This document shows, piece by piece, positions 63,877 through 64,000 of a stretch of 64,000 nucleotides of DNA. Source of the DNA: Stylophora pistillata (Eukaryota); contig NW_019218356.1 in the NCBI RefSeq assembly GCF_002571385.2, positions 47,441 to 111,440 on the forward strand. Reading direction: 5' to 3'. Position numbers and translations under genes: made by a program. Each line of letters starts with the position of its first letter. Positions within the stretch are counted from its first letter, which is position 1. The notes under the pieces are model-generated. The model had not been told where the DNA came from. It was given only the letters and a program-made list of their open reading frames with translations, and searched no databases.

Positions 63877-64000
63877 GTACGTAACCCATGTACTCCGCCG
63901 GAATCTCCACAATAACGCTAAGAATTGCGTTACTCAGTTAATTAGAATACATCACGATTTCACGATCGAAACGAATAATTGTTCTAGATGTAGGACTCAG

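Overview
AT-rich eukaryotic genomic DNA with short spliceosomal introns and several N gaps. Gene and repeat content suggests a cnidarian, most likely a stony coral (inference). Protein-coding content: the 3' part of a PDZ + calmodulin-like EF-hand gene (232-4089); an uncharacterised basic ORF (7995-9691); two intronless rhodopsin-class GPCRs and one GPCR pseudogene; a three-exon clan-2 cytochrome P450; and seven gustatory-receptor-like (Grl, 7TM ion-channel family) units. Five Grl units show three phase-0 3' introns, and one of those has a homopolymer frameshift. A sixth appears to be an orphan first exon that may share 3' exons with the seventh. The most striking non-coding features are two. 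(1) A tandem array of six 245-bp units, each with an intact type I hammerhead ribozyme (retrozyme-like, 40667-42142), between TA-rich flanks. (2) Two insertions of a fold-back element built from a ~247-bp tRNA-Thr-like unit, with shared termini and target-site duplications (47760-48398 and 57553-58454). LINE, Penelope, SINE and Crypton-like remnants, a 58-bp palindromic mini-element and small duplications are also present. All calls were made by eye, with no database searches.
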